A DNA stretch of 64,000 nucleotides from a virus. The stretch is from the IMG/VR virus record IMGVR_UViG_3300030104_003872, positions 1 to 64,000 of that record. One strand, written 5' to 3'. Below the pieces are notes generated by a model. The model had not been told where the DNA came from. It saw only the letters and a list, made by a program, of their open reading frames with translations, and ran no database searches. Position numbers and translations under genes: made by a program. This document shows positions 51,190 through 61,838 of the stretch, one piece after another (the stretch's first letter is position 1; each line of letters starts with the position of its first letter).

Positions 51190-51323
51190 TTCCATGCAAA
51201 GGTTTAATACTAAATGGGTTATGTCAAGGCTATAAGCCGAACAATGCGATAAGAGCAATAACAATTAAAGAGATTAATAAGGATGAAAAATAAAATATGT
51301 GAGGCTTACCAAAAGGTGAGCAA

Positions 51324-52649
51324 ATGGATGTATTCAAATCAACACAAAATTACTGCGACTTAAATTATCTAATTGATTTAGAGGATAAGATACCTATATT
51401 CCTAGCGTCAGTTGGCTCGCATATATTCAATTCTATGAACAAGTGTGCTACCTGTGACTTTACAGAAGGCGAAGAGTTTGTAATCGAACCATGCCCTATG
51501 AGACACCCTAATGCCCCATTCTATACACCCGGAGCAAGAGCGGCCGACACACGCCTACATATATTAATGAGAGGCATGAAGGGTTCGGGTAAGTCAATCC
51601 TAATCGACACATTTTTAGCACAAGGCACAGGTCTGCTTTGGAATCCAAAAGGGTTTAAGGGAGAAGGCTTCCGAACCATGATAGGACCTAATAGCGTAAC
51701 AGAAGCAGGTATGTTTGGGTCAGTAAATGAAGATGGTATTATAGTGGGGCGACCACTTGCACGTGAGATGTGTGGTGGGTTCTTAGGTTTTGAAGAGTTT
51801 AGTACATTAGTTGATGCAGGGAATAAAGACCATAGTACCGATATGATGAATCAAATGCTTACATCAACAGATAATGGTCGTGTGAATAAATCTATGCGAA
51901 GTGGATGGGTGAGATACACAACCCGATATACTGTATGGGGTGGAACACAACCCGGTCGTTTTGAATTAGAATCCGGTATGGATAGGAGATTCTTTATCAT
52001 AGATATAGACATGAACCCCGAAAAGGAATTAGCATTCAAAAGAGCAAATCAACAACAGGCAAATATGCCCCACGAAAGAAGGCTCAAGATACACAACTTA
52101 AGAGAAGCAATAAGAAAGTTTTTGATGCACAGGCAATTAGAGGCTATTTTGAATCCCCCTGTTCAAGTACGATTCGGTAGTGATGTTCAAGATTGGTTAG
52201 AGAATAAAGATGTTCGTTCATGGGAAGCGGATTTGTTTAGGAGATTAATGATAGGGTATTGGATGATGCAACCTGAGTATAAACCAATGCCTATATTTGA
52301 GATTTCGATAAACCCTCAACTAAGAAAGTATCTTGATGATGCTTTGAGAATGCGAAGAACTGTAATGGACGCAGACATGGAGTTAATCAAATCAACTTTC
52401 TGGGGTCAAGACTTGCCTAAATCAACACTAGTGAAAGAGGTTGCTAGAATGGTTACTAACGGGGATTATCAGTCATCGAAGAGATGGATTGAAGAATCAT
52501 TACAAGGTAATTCTTGGTACAGAGAGTTCAAAGCAACTAAAGAAGGTAGGGGCAGAAAGGGGGTTATGTGCCGAATAGGTTATGAACCCTCGCCTGTTCG
52601 GAAGAAACCAGAGTTGAACTGGGGCGAATGGAAGGAGGCATCGGCATGA
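51324..52649 (+). CDS. MCM-like AAA+ replicative helicase
   Basis: HILMRGMKGSGKS Walker A, SVTEAGMFG, GFLGFEEF Walker B, MDRRFF Arg finger. Confidence 0.75.
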   Translation: MDVFKSTQNYCDLNYLIDLEDKIPIFLASVGSHIFNSMNKCATCDFTEGEEFVIEPCPMRHPNAPFYTPGARAADTRLHILMRGMKGSGKSILIDTFLAQGTGLLWNPKGFKGEGFRTMIGPNSVTEAGMFGSVNEDGIIVGRPLAREMCGGFLGFEEFSTLVDAGNKDHSTDMMNQMLTSTDNGRVNKSMRSGWVRYTTRYTVWGGTQPGRFELESGMDRRFFIIDIDMNPEKELAFKRANQQQANMPHERRLKIHNLREAIRKFLMHRQLEAILNPPVQVRFGSDVQDWLENKDVRSWEADLFRRLMIGYWMMQPEYKPMPIFEISINPQLRKYLDDALRMRRTVMDADMELIKSTFWGQDLPKSTLVKEVARMVTNGDYQSSKRWIEESLQGNSWYREFKATKEGRGRKGVMCRIGYEPSPVRKKPELNWGEWKEASA

Positions 52650-53287
52650 AAACAAGAAAATTGGTAGAAGAAAAATTAATGAAGTTGGGTTCTAAAGGAG
52701 ATTGGGCTGACGCTCTTAGATGGGTTCTTACACCGCCCGACTGTCCTTTGTGTGAATCACCTAATAGAGTTGAATTAGAAATGAAGTTATACAGGGGCGA
52801 GACTACCGCATCATTCTTAGAACAAAAGTATGGTTGGCTACCCGGCTCAGTAAATGTTCATTTATCAGACCACGAAGATTACGACCCACTAAAAGCAGGG
52901 CTTATAGAAGCAATGCGACAAGATACAATAAACACAGTTAATCTAGCAGAAAATATGGCTCAAAGACTAACAACTTGGATTGATGAATTAGAAGCACAAC
53001 GGTCTGCGGATTTCATAGATAGCGACTTTATTGCTGACGCAACTAGACTTACTTCTCAACTAGGTGGTTATCTAAAATTAGCAGGGCAACTAAAGAAGGA
53101 GATTGGTGTTGATAATCAACTACTATTAGCACAACGTCAATTAGATGATATTATGTATGTTCTTGTCGATACTTTGAAGGAACATCCTAAATTACTAGAC
53201 CAAGTGGAATTAAGAGTATCAACAATGAAAGCACCTGCAATAGATGTGAGTTATACAGTTGAGGATGTTGAAGATAAAGATGACTAA
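52628..53287 (+). CDS. Zn-finger/HTH plus helical protein (terminase small subunit-like candidate)
   Basis: CPLC.SP.R..LE..L..G.....L..KYG.....H...H pattern; probable start MKTRK at 52646. Confidence 0.45.
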   Translation: MEGGIGMKTRKLVEEKLMKLGSKGDWADALRWVLTPPDCPLCESPNRVELEMKLYRGETTASFLEQKYGWLPGSVNVHLSDHEDYDPLKAGLIEAMRQDTINTVNLAENMAQRLTTWIDELEAQRSADFIDSDFIADATRLTSQLGGYLKLAGQLKKEIGVDNQLLLAQRQLDDIMYVLVDTLKEHPKLLDQVELRVSTMKAPAIDVSYTVEDVEDKDD

Positions 53288-53609
53288 GTTCAAGTTTCTC
53301 GATACTGATTACATTCCCGATAAAGAGGAAATTGAAGTAATAGCAGATATGATTCCGAAAAGCGGAAGGGAAAAGTGGAGGAAAAGAAATAGACACATAG
53401 CGACTAAACCTATACCAACAGAATTATTTCCCACGCTCGCTAATCTAATGATAGAAGATAATGTGAGATTTGTTTTGAATGACGAAGGTTATCAATGGTT
53501 TCATGGAGAATACAAGGTTACAACTACCGCTATCCGTGAAGTATGGGGTTTGACAGAACATCAATGGAGACGGTTTATGCGGTGGTGTTATAAGGGGTGG
53601 CCTTGCTGA
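53259..53609 (+). CDS. Hypothetical protein
   Basis: ORF in the replication operon. Confidence 0.55.
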   Translation: MRMLKIKMTKFKFLDTDYIPDKEEIEVIADMIPKSGREKWRKRNRHIATKPIPTELFPTLANLMIEDNVRFVLNDEGYQWFHGEYKVTTTAIREVWGLTEHQWRRFMRWCYKGWPC

Positions 53610-53615
53610 CTTAAT

Positions 53616-54185
53616 ATGGATGAATGGGCGGAATATGAACTTTATCAGATTGAGCTCAATGATTACATGAATAAATTGGAGGAACAATATATGGAACAAG
53701 AAAAAGAATACGACAGCATAGAATGGAATCACGAAGCATGGGCTGAAAGGGACGAAGGAGCCTACAGCATCGTGGCGGTGATGGCCGGAGCAATAATGGA
53801 AAAAGGACAAGAACATCACTTTGTAGAGATGGTTCGTAACTTAGGTGCAAAGCATGAGCCACTATTGATAGGACAATCAGTTACACTTCCTGACCTAGAA
53901 GATAGAGACCACCCACTTCCAGAGACAGGTGGAAGGCATGATTTGTTTTTCGCATTTCATAACCTAGATATTGCTAGAGTTGCAGTACCTAGACTTATGT
54001 ATGGTATTAGGTGGTGGTCAGATGTTGTGGATAATGAATGGAATCATATGTCCCTAGAGAATAAAGCAAACTACCGCGAACACACTATATATCCCGAATA
54101 TGTATTTGAGACTTGCGGGTTTGGTGAAAATGAAGTTGCTGAGTTTTGGAATAATCCTTCACCTGTAAGGAGTGAAGAAGAGTGA
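53616..54185 (+). CDS. Hypothetical acidic protein
   Basis: TGGRHDLFF...RL.YGIRWWSDV motif. Confidence 0.6.
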   Translation: MDEWAEYELYQIELNDYMNKLEEQYMEQEKEYDSIEWNHEAWAERDEGAYSIVAVMAGAIMEKGQEHHFVEMVRNLGAKHEPLLIGQSVTLPDLEDRDHPLPETGGRHDLFFAFHNLDIARVAVPRLMYGIRWWSDVVDNEWNHMSLENKANYREHTIYPEYVFETCGFGENEVAEFWNNPSPVRSEEE

Positions 54186-54466
54186 AGAAGTATGATAGGA
54201 GAATGGCTTTACTAAAGGCAGTTGAGAATTGGTCTGGTTTGACTAATAATCATCACTTTACTACCATAGACATAATTAACTCGGGTGTTCTTGATAATGC
54301 TAGAGGTGCAAGTGGTAGGAAAATACCAAGAGGCTTTGGAATCAGTTTTTTCACCGTAAATGGTGGTCTATGTGAATTAGAGCGAATGGGTTTTATTAAA
54401 CAAATTACAGACCAAGAACAAGGACAGATGAGATTATGGCGGTTCAATGGAGAGGCTACTGTATAG
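54182..54466 (+). CDS. Winged-helix-like protein
   Basis: FTTIDI...VNGGLCELERMGFIKQ....LWRF. Confidence 0.5.
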   Translation: MKKYDRRMALLKAVENWSGLTNNHHFTTIDIINSGVLDNARGASGRKIPRGFGISFFTVNGGLCELERMGFIKQITDQEQGQMRLWRFNGEATV

Positions 54467-54675
54467 AATGTTGTAAATGGCGACATTCCAAACACGTTAT
54501 AGAAAATATTAGGTCAGGTGAAATGAGATGCAAGATATGTATTACACGACTTCTGATGATATGCAAGGCTTGTAAAGGAGATGGTAAATTGAAACATAAA
54601 GAAGGAGTTGAATTATGTTCCGCTTGTGCTGGTCATAGAGTTATACCACAACAACCTGTGAAGGAGATGATATAA
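54436..54675 (+). CDS. Multi-CxxC Zn-finger protein
   Basis: Four CxxC pairs including CKACKGDG and CSACAG. Confidence 0.6.
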   Translation: MAVQWRGYCIECCKWRHSKHVIENIRSGEMRCKICITRLLMICKACKGDGKLKHKEGVELCSACAGHRVIPQQPVKEMI

Positions 54676-55340
54676 TGGGAGTAATAATTTATGCGGGTGA
54701 TGATAAGGATTTCAAGAACGGAGACCATATAGTAATGTATGGTGAAATGACTTCTCCCCCTACTGCACCTAACACAACATATATTCTTCATTGTGAATCA
54801 TTCCCCCTATCTATGGCTAAAGAATGGGCTAATTTAGTAACATATAGGCTAGTTGTGATACCTAGAAAGGGTATTAGGGGCATTCGTGAAGGGGATAATA
54901 TTCTAATCCACAAATCGGCTAAAACGGCTAAAAATAACTATAATTCACCAATCAATGCTATGATGAAGTGGTCAGACCGCAACAGGGCATGGAAGGCTAT
55001 GAAACCTGTCCCATTTGCTTTAGCAGAGGCATTTCATAAAGTAAATAGACCGAATGGTATAGAAGAGCAAAGGATAATCAGCAAAGCCCGCTATCAGATG
55101 GAAGAAGAATATGCAAAGGCGGCTCTTGTATTCGGAACAGAAGCGATTCACAGTCATGTCTCATGGCCTAAGAAGAAAGCAGACGAAAATGATACAATCC
55201 CCTTTGGGTTCAGGTCTACTGATGTGTATGCTGATATGATAGTACAACACGCCCCCGAAGTACGAAATAAACTTAGAGCGATTGACCAAGCACCTTCTAG
55301 TATCAAGAAAACAAAGGAGTCATTGTTAGAATGGCTTTGA
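54675..55340 (+). CDS. Hypothetical replication-associated protein with C-terminal PIP-like motif
   Basis: Ends KKTKESLLEWL; lies near RFC and PCNA genes. Confidence 0.5.
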   Translation: MGVIIYAGDDKDFKNGDHIVMYGEMTSPPTAPNTTYILHCESFPLSMAKEWANLVTYRLVVIPRKGIRGIREGDNILIHKSAKTAKNNYNSPINAMMKWSDRNRAWKAMKPVPFALAEAFHKVNRPNGIEEQRIISKARYQMEEEYAKAALVFGTEAIHSHVSWPKKKADENDTIPFGFRSTDVYADMIVQHAPEVRNKLRAIDQAPSSIKKTKESLLEWL

Positions 55341-55501
55341 TTTGGGTTTTCCTTGCCTGTGTGGTATTTTACGCTCTCTTTCTAGTATTTTATGTATGTT
55401 TTATAAACCTCTTTCCAAAATATTCACCAGAAAAATTCTCCGGCCGAACTACCGATGATGATATAGATTTGTTGCTATCATCACTCTTCTTAGAACAGTA
55501 A
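55331..55501 (+). CDS. Small membrane protein (56 aa, not in ORF track)
   Basis: MALIWVFLACVVFYALFLVFYVCFINLF...LFLEQ*. Confidence 0.5.
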   Translation: MALIWVFLACVVFYALFLVFYVCFINLFPKYSPEKFSGRTTDDDIDLLLSSLFLEQ

Positions 55502-55538
55502 CCCTTTTAAGCAATGACAGGTCCGACAAAGTGGTAGT

Positions 55539-56063
55539 GTGGTTGGGCGAAGAAAGTCTTGGGGTTCGCGTGGGGATGAACATGAAGCCTTTGACCGAAC
55601 ACTAAGAAAAGGCCAATCATTATACTACATGGGAAGAAGAACGAAGGGAAATAGGATGACGGCACATAACGCAAGAATAAGAAGGGAATTAATCTATATC
55701 CTATGGGATGTCGATGAACCTTTGACCAAACAAGAGATTACAACACACTTAGAAAAAAGAATGAAACTAATTAACGCTCCTAGTGCTATATCTTTAGGTA
55801 CTATACTATCCCGAAACCCTCAAGTTAATTCTGAAAAGACCGTTATTATTACAACGGGTGATGGTAGAAGAAGGCGTGTTCCGCAGTACGAAATAAATAG
55901 CGAATTGATATATGAGATAGAAGATATAATCTTTACCTTGCCTTACAATGCACTAACTAAGAAAGAGCAAGAATCGGCAGTATTGTGTAAGGGATGCGGT
56001 AGGAGAAGATACTTCGATAATGATATGGATTTATGCCTTCAATGTACTAGGCTTCCAAAATGA
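55539..56063 (+). CDS. Winged-helix + Zn-ribbon putative transcription factor
   Basis: LIYILW...EPLTKQEI...SLGTILSRNP; CKGC...CLQC. Confidence 0.55.
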   Translation: MVGRRKSWGSRGDEHEAFDRTLRKGQSLYYMGRRTKGNRMTAHNARIRRELIYILWDVDEPLTKQEITTHLEKRMKLINAPSAISLGTILSRNPQVNSEKTVIITTGDGRRRRVPQYEINSELIYEIEDIIFTLPYNALTKKEQESAVLCKGCGRRRYFDNDMDLCLQCTRLPK

Positions 56064-56091
56064 TTATAACCCCTGTCCTTTAGGGTTAGTT

Positions 56092-56280
56092 ATGTCTGTA
56101 CGTCCCGTAACTATGTCAGTACCTCAAAACGAAGAACTCAACTGTTATTTCTGTAATCTGAAATTAAATAATGAAGAAATAATATTTTACAGAGTCTGTA
56201 TGAATAATAAGTGGGGTACAGGTAGTGTATGTGAGATGTGTTGGCGTGTAGCAGAAGAAGTAAGGGGATGGTACTCGTGA
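56092..56280 (+). CDS. Small Zn-finger protein
   Basis: CYFC...CEMC; leaderless start after TTATAA at ~56064. Confidence 0.5.
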   Translation: MSVRPVTMSVPQNEELNCYFCNLKLNNEEIIFYRVCMNNKWGTGSVCEMCWRVAEEVRGWYS

Positions 56281-57179
56281 AAGTAATTTGGGCTGAAAAG
56301 TATCGACCTAAGATTTTGGATGAAGTATTATCACAGGATTCGGTAGTATCTGAAATGCGAGCGATTGTTAGCGGGGATGCACCCATGCAACATTTCTTAT
56401 TCCACAGTCCTGAGCCGGGTAGTGGTAAAACAACTATGGCGAGGGTTATGGCTGATGAATTAGGTTATCAACTACATGAGTTTAATGCTTCCACTAAGAA
56501 ACAAAGAGGAATAGATTTTGTCGAAGATGATATTGCCCCTATGTCTAGGATTGGTCAGTTTGAAACTATATTCCTTCTTGACGAGGCAGATAGAATTACA
56601 CCGACTGCACAAGACGCATTGAAAGGTGTTATTGAGAACGCACAGGGATATTTCATTCTAACCTGCAACGACTTGAACAAAGTATCTCCTTGGCTCAAAT
56701 CTAGGTGTCAAGTTAGGACCTTCAAACCTATACCCGATGACTTAGTAATGGAGCGTCTAAAACATATATGTGTTCAAGAAGCGGTAGAGATGACCGAAGA
56801 TGATTTGTTAATAATTATTAAGAAACATGGTGGTGATATGAGAAACGCTATTGGTGCATTACAGGCGGCCTCTTATCTATCCCCCATAGATAGACAACAA
56901 TTTATTGCATCCATAAGCACTCCGACCATAGATGCAGGTTCGGTTTTGACTATTTGCTTCAAAATGGGTAATGTTCCCGAAGCGGTCAAGATATTGAGCC
57001 AAGCACCTGCACGTGAGGCTATTCATCAAGTATTCCTTAAAGCAATAGAGGCAAACATAACAGACCATGAAAAGAAGATGTTGGTTGTTGAAGCATCCAT
57101 TCAAGCACGCAGAGACCTAATAAATGGTGTTCCCGAAGTGTATGTTATTTGGGAGTTTTGCCGATTTATAAGCCAATAA
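56238..57179 (+). CDS. rfcS: Replication factor C small subunit (clamp loader)
   Basis: WAEKYRP, PGSGKTT, EFNAS..RGID, LDEAD, AQDAL, SRC and GDMR motifs. Confidence 0.92.
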   Translation: MLACSRRSKGMVLVKVIWAEKYRPKILDEVLSQDSVVSEMRAIVSGDAPMQHFLFHSPEPGSGKTTMARVMADELGYQLHEFNASTKKQRGIDFVEDDIAPMSRIGQFETIFLLDEADRITPTAQDALKGVIENAQGYFILTCNDLNKVSPWLKSRCQVRTFKPIPDDLVMERLKHICVQEAVEMTEDDLLIIIKKHGGDMRNAIGALQAASYLSPIDRQQFIASISTPTIDAGSVLTICFKMGNVPEAVKILSQAPAREAIHQVFLKAIEANITDHEKKMLVVEASIQARRDLINGVPEVYVIWEFCRFISQ

Positions 57180-57238
57180 AAGCAAATCCTTATAAGGGGT
57201 GGCTTGCGTGGGATAAGTAGGAGTAAAATGGTGATTAT

Positions 57239-58486
57239 ATGACCGATATTAATACAGAACAAATAGTAAAAGACCTTGCAAGCAACTTAGGTGTTGCTGA
57301 GGATAGGTTAAGACAGAAGATGAGTGAGGTGCTTGCAGAAAACGGAGCATCTTGGGCTAATGCAGGTAAAGACGAAACGACTTGCACTATCCTTTCAGCC
57401 CGCGTTGCGGGTCGCCAACTAAAAATGATTGGTGAAAGACTGAAAAAGAGTGGACTAGAACAATTCGAGGGAATGTTCATTCGTGTACCACCTTACAAGG
57501 ATTGGGCTCAGATTGCTTACAGAAAGGCAGAACGCGAGTTGTCAGCAAGAGGTAACGTAAGTGACCCTGCAACACAGGCACAACTTAGAAATGGTGCTTT
57601 AGTATATTACGAGGCTAGTGGAACAGGATATACCCGATATGCAAATGCCGGTCTAATGAACAAAACAGGTTTGAATGATGAGATTAGCGAAGCAACAGTT
57701 GATTCTCTTCCAAAGAATCATCACGAGTTACCTAACGGAGATGCTTTCTATCTGATTTGGAATAACACAACACCGACTTTCCCAAGCGGTGATGCTAACT
57801 TCAAATACGGAGCACCACGCCCCGCATCTGAAAAGGAGCGAACCTGCGTATTTTTGGGGAGAAAGGTTGGTTCAACTAGTGAGCCAGCATTAATTAATGT
57901 TAGAGCAAACGGTAAGACTGCTGATACTCAGCACGCAACATTCCTACCCGGAACAATCGGACTTAGACCCGGACGAGATGGGAAAGTTGCTTATGCTAAA
58001 GAACTAAGCGACCTTGTACCTAACGATGAAGTGGCGGGAATATTCTCATCACCACCATTCGCTATCGGTGAAGCGGGTCCAGAAGGTATTGTACCGGATA
58101 TGCTAGGCGGTCTTTACCCTAACGGAGGTATTCTGCCTTCATTCGCAACACTAGAACAATACCACACCGACCACAAAGATGATTCAGATTGGTGGGACCA
58201 GTGGGTAGGTATCGTTGGTGAAGTGGTACATATAGACCCGCGTGAGCGTGGTGGATATACAGTAACCCTCGGGGATATTGACATTACAAGTGTTGCACCC
58301 GGTCAGGATTTGGTTATTCCAAAGGCACAAGAGCACCTAGTTAATTTCGGTATCGGTTCGCAAATACTAATTGTCGGACAGACATACAAATCTAGGGATG
58401 ATGAAATGAGATTTACAACACATGGTTGGTGGTGCGTCGATTCAGTTGAGGCAGTATCGGTTGATGCAGAATCTTGGGAGGACTAA
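57239..58486 (+). CDS. RPA-like OB-fold ssDNA-binding protein
   Basis: C-terminal OB pattern (GIVGEVVHID...VTLGD...FGIGSQILIVGQT), acidic tail, replication context. Confidence 0.55.
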   Translation: MTDINTEQIVKDLASNLGVAEDRLRQKMSEVLAENGASWANAGKDETTCTILSARVAGRQLKMIGERLKKSGLEQFEGMFIRVPPYKDWAQIAYRKAERELSARGNVSDPATQAQLRNGALVYYEASGTGYTRYANAGLMNKTGLNDEISEATVDSLPKNHHELPNGDAFYLIWNNTTPTFPSGDANFKYGAPRPASEKERTCVFLGRKVGSTSEPALINVRANGKTADTQHATFLPGTIGLRPGRDGKVAYAKELSDLVPNDEVAGIFSSPPFAIGEAGPEGIVPDMLGGLYPNGGILPSFATLEQYHTDHKDDSDWWDQWVGIVGEVVHIDPRERGGYTVTLGDIDITSVAPGQDLVIPKAQEHLVNFGIGSQILIVGQTYKSRDDEMRFTTHGWWCVDSVEAVSVDAESWED

Positions 58487-59433
58487 GTATGGCATGGGCT
58501 CAGAATACCAAGCCGAAGGCGTCGACCAAACCTGCATACACGGTTGACCATTATAGGGATTTATTCAATAAGAATGCCGACCGGAAATTGGGGGCAACCC
58601 CTGTCCGTATGGCTCTTGTTGGTAAAGAGAATACTGCTAAGACAGGACTCGCATTATCCCTATCAAGAACACCGGAAGAGGTTAAAGAAGGTAAAAAAGT
58701 TATTATCTTTGACTTCGACAATTCAGCAGAAGCAACCGTAAGGTTTGTTTATCCTAACGACCCTAATGTAATAATATTGAAACTGTTTGACGAGATGGAT
58801 GATTCTATCTTTGAAGAGGATGGTGTAACAGTATTGTGGCATGGTCTAGTAAAGAAAGTAAAGGCATTCGTGACCATAGCAGGGGATTTAGTCAACGAGG
58901 GTAATGTTGCTTCGATTATATTCGATGGCGGTAGTACCTTTTCCAAGTGGTGCGAGTTTAGTATGCGTGAATCACTATTAGAAAGAGGTGTAACAGAACA
59001 CGAAGGCGATTCATTCAATCAGAAAGAGTGGCAGGAGAGAAACAGACTTTTCCGTGATACACTATATCGAGTACAGGCTTTACCTGTTGATAGAGTATTC
59101 TTTACCTTCCATCTGAAAGACCACAAACAATATCTAGGTGATGGTGGAGGCAAAAAGGTTCTCATGAAAGTTGGTGAAAAGCCCGACTGGATTGACGGTA
59201 CTCAAAGAAATATGAGTCAACAGATATTCCTAGCGAGATACACCAAGAAAGGAGACGACGCGGCAGGGGTCAAATCTGATAAAACTCTTAAAGAAGGCGA
59301 GTTTGTTGTCCGTGCAACTGTTGAGGAAATGAAAGGGACAGGAAGTGAGTTTGTGGGAACAACTCACGATGTTCTCTTAATCAAGAATAACAAAGTAACG
59401 TGGAACGGTCTACCTGACATGGGGTTGATATGA
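58474..59433 (+). CDS. P-loop ATPase, Sak4/AAA_24-like recombinase
   Basis: GKENTAKT, IFDFD, IIFDG, FTFH; next to the SSB gene. Confidence 0.65.
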   Translation: MGGLSMAWAQNTKPKASTKPAYTVDHYRDLFNKNADRKLGATPVRMALVGKENTAKTGLALSLSRTPEEVKEGKKVIIFDFDNSAEATVRFVYPNDPNVIILKLFDEMDDSIFEEDGVTVLWHGLVKKVKAFVTIAGDLVNEGNVASIIFDGGSTFSKWCEFSMRESLLERGVTEHEGDSFNQKEWQERNRLFRDTLYRVQALPVDRVFFTFHLKDHKQYLGDGGGKKVLMKVGEKPDWIDGTQRNMSQQIFLARYTKKGDDAAGVKSDKTLKEGEFVVRATVEEMKGTGSEFVGTTHDVLLIKNNKVTWNGLPDMGLI

Positions 59434-59600
59434 TGGATGATATGAAACAAACTCTTCAATACTTAAGGTCAGACATAGACACTTTGATGCTAGAAATGCG
59501 TACATTAAAAGAGGAAAATAGACAATTAAAATCAAGCCTAGAAATTATGGCTCAAAGATTGGCTAATGAAAGGAACGAACCTCTGATAAAATGGACATAA
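59430..59600 (+). CDS. Small coiled-coil protein (56 aa, not in ORF track)
   Basis: MMDDMKQTLQYLRSDIDTLMLEMRTLKEENRQLKSSLE... Confidence 0.55.
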   Translation: MMDDMKQTLQYLRSDIDTLMLEMRTLKEENRQLKSSLEIMAQRLANERNEPLIKWT

Positions 59601-59632
59601 TCCTTATAAGTGGGTGCTAGGTGGAATAGAAT

Positions 59633-60460
59633 ATGTTAGTCAAGGCAAGCAACATGAAAAAGTTACTAGAAGTAACTGCGAGAAAACAATTTGTAAATGG
59701 AAAACCTCAACAACAGGTAATAGGTTGTGTATTAAGAGGAACTCAGATGGATGAAGTAAGCACAACGAGTTTAGTTCGTGATGGTAAAACATCTATCGCA
59801 CAGTTCTCAACTGTATGCGACTGGAAAGATGATGAACAGGCTATTGTTATCCCCGACATTGATAGAACACTAGGAGTTCTTTCAGCACACAACGGAGATA
59901 TAACTATGACGCAAGATGGTGGCTCATTAAGAATAAAGAGCAAAGGCAAGCAAACAACCATTGTTGCAGAGCCCGGTAGTTTAGCATTTCCTCACACACA
60001 AGAAACTATTGCTGAGTGGGAAAGTAAATCACTAACCCTTTCTGAGCAAGTCAATGAAGATGCAGGTTCTTACAAAATGCGAGATGGTTCTGACAGAAAA
60101 GCATTCTTTATGGCTGAGACTTCTGCGTCTATACTTCACGAGGCTTTGAAGGCTGATAACATGAACTCGCAGAAACTTAACCAATACACATTCAGATATG
60201 ACGGTCAAAATGTTCTATATGTTCAGACTGGTACTGACCTAAAAGGACAGACAGAAACAATACTGAACGACGATTGTCAGCAACAGGTTGAATCTTTCGA
60301 GGCAACTTATGAAGGTGGGCTTGAGCAAATACTATCACACTATGACGGTATGGTCAAACTATACTTCTTAGACTTCCGACCAGAAGGACAGGGTATCAGA
60401 CTAATTGTTAGTTTTGATAACGGAGATTGGGTTTTCCAAGCGTGCGTTCTAAAGAGGTGA
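59633..60460 (+). CDS. PCNA-like sliding clamp
   Basis: 275 aa two-domain alpha/beta pattern; co-located with RFC and PolB. Confidence 0.6.
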   Translation: MLVKASNMKKLLEVTARKQFVNGKPQQQVIGCVLRGTQMDEVSTTSLVRDGKTSIAQFSTVCDWKDDEQAIVIPDIDRTLGVLSAHNGDITMTQDGGSLRIKSKGKQTTIVAEPGSLAFPHTQETIAEWESKSLTLSEQVNEDAGSYKMRDGSDRKAFFMAETSASILHEALKADNMNSQKLNQYTFRYDGQNVLYVQTGTDLKGQTETILNDDCQQQVESFEATYEGGLEQILSHYDGMVKLYFLDFRPEGQGIRLIVSFDNGDWVFQACVLKR

Positions 60461-60465
60461 TTTGA

Positions 60466-60663
60466 ATGATAAGAAAAATTCTCCGGACTACCTTTAATAC
60501 TTCTTACGGAACGACGCATATTAACGTGTCTGATATTTCCGCTATCACAGAAACTAGAGATAGATTTGAAATCCATATGACTTCCGGTACTATATTTACT
60601 ACCGTTGATAAAGAAGGACCATATGTGTTTGTTACTAAATGGATGGAGGGGCGAATTGAATGA
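60466..60663 (+). CDS. Small hypothetical protein
   Basis: HINVSDISAITE....IHMTSG; GAGGTGA RBS. Confidence 0.55.
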   Translation: MIRKILRTTFNTSYGTTHINVSDISAITETRDRFEIHMTSGTIFTTVDKEGPYVFVTKWMEGRIE

Positions 60664-61838
60664 GTATCGAAAGACATATCATTAGAACCCCATTAAGGGA
60701 GCGTTATGGTGCTCCACCTTTCAGCATCCTAGATGCACGACAAGGTTATTGGCAAGACAGAAAGCGTTGGTGGACTCGTAAAGGCATCCGGTCAGAATTA
60801 GGAAGGGGTGAGGCACTTATCGCTATGTCTAAATCGAACATGAAGTATATGTTTGGTAAAAAAGAGTACGATGTTGACCAGTTACAGAAAGAGGGAATCC
60901 TTCTAACTGATGAAGAAGTTGAAGTTGGTGGAGATTCTAAAGGTAACGCTAAGACATTCGCTATTGGAGATAAAGCAACGTGGAATGAAACTAAGAGCGA
61001 TACTAGAGCAATTCCAGGAGGAGGGACAGGTAAAAATAGTGTTTGGCTTCATAAGAAAGAAGATGGGAGCATGGGTGCTTCCCTAAAGGAAGAAGATGCT
61101 TTCAAGAATAGAGCAACAGGTACTTCTATATTCGACCCAGTCCTAACAGAATTAATGTACGATTGGTTTTGTCCGAAAGACGGTAGTATTCTTGACCCTT
61201 TCTGTGGTGGTTCTGTTAGAGGGATTGTCGCGGCTCATGGTAATCATCAGTATGCGGGTATGGAATTACGTTCCGACCAAGTACAAGCAAATAGGATTCA
61301 AGGATTAGAGATACTAGGCGATACTGATTATCCTATGCCTAATTGGGTTGTTGGAGATGCACTAGACATACAAGATAAGATAGGTGGTCAATGGGACATG
61401 GTATTTTCATGCCCCCCTTATGGTGACCTTGAAGTCTATTCAGAAGATGATAGGGATTTATCCACTATGGAACACCACGAGTTTTTAGATTCATATAGAA
61501 ATATTATTCAGCGTTCTGTTGATATGCTCAAGGATAATAGATTTGCAGTATTTGTTGTTGGGGATTTTAGAAACGAAAAAGGATTCTATCGTAACTTCGT
61601 TAGCGACACTATTGACGCATTCCAATCAGCAGGTGCTACCTTATACAATGAATGTATCTTAATTACAGTTGCAGGTAGCCTTCCTATAAGAGTACATAAG
61701 CAATTCGCTAACAATAGAAAGTTAGGTAAAACTCATCAGAATGTTTTAATCTTCTTCAAGGGTGACCCCAAGACTATACAGGATGAGTTCCATTATCTTG
61801 ATGTTGAAGATAAGACAGAGGACGTGGAATGGCTTTAG
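60660..61838 (+). CDS. Amino (N6A/N4C) DNA methyltransferase
   Basis: PPFSILDAR.GYWQ.RK..W, TSIFDPVL, LDPFCGG (motif I), SCPPY (motif IV). Confidence 0.85.
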   Translation: MSIERHIIRTPLRERYGAPPFSILDARQGYWQDRKRWWTRKGIRSELGRGEALIAMSKSNMKYMFGKKEYDVDQLQKEGILLTDEEVEVGGDSKGNAKTFAIGDKATWNETKSDTRAIPGGGTGKNSVWLHKKEDGSMGASLKEEDAFKNRATGTSIFDPVLTELMYDWFCPKDGSILDPFCGGSVRGIVAAHGNHQYAGMELRSDQVQANRIQGLEILGDTDYPMPNWVVGDALDIQDKIGGQWDMVFSCPPYGDLEVYSEDDRDLSTMEHHEFLDSYRNIIQRSVDMLKDNRFAVFVVGDFRNEKGFYRNFVSDTIDAFQSAGATLYNECILITVAGSLPIRVHKQFANNRKLGKTHQNVLIFFKGDPKTIQDEFHYLDVEDKTEDVEWL

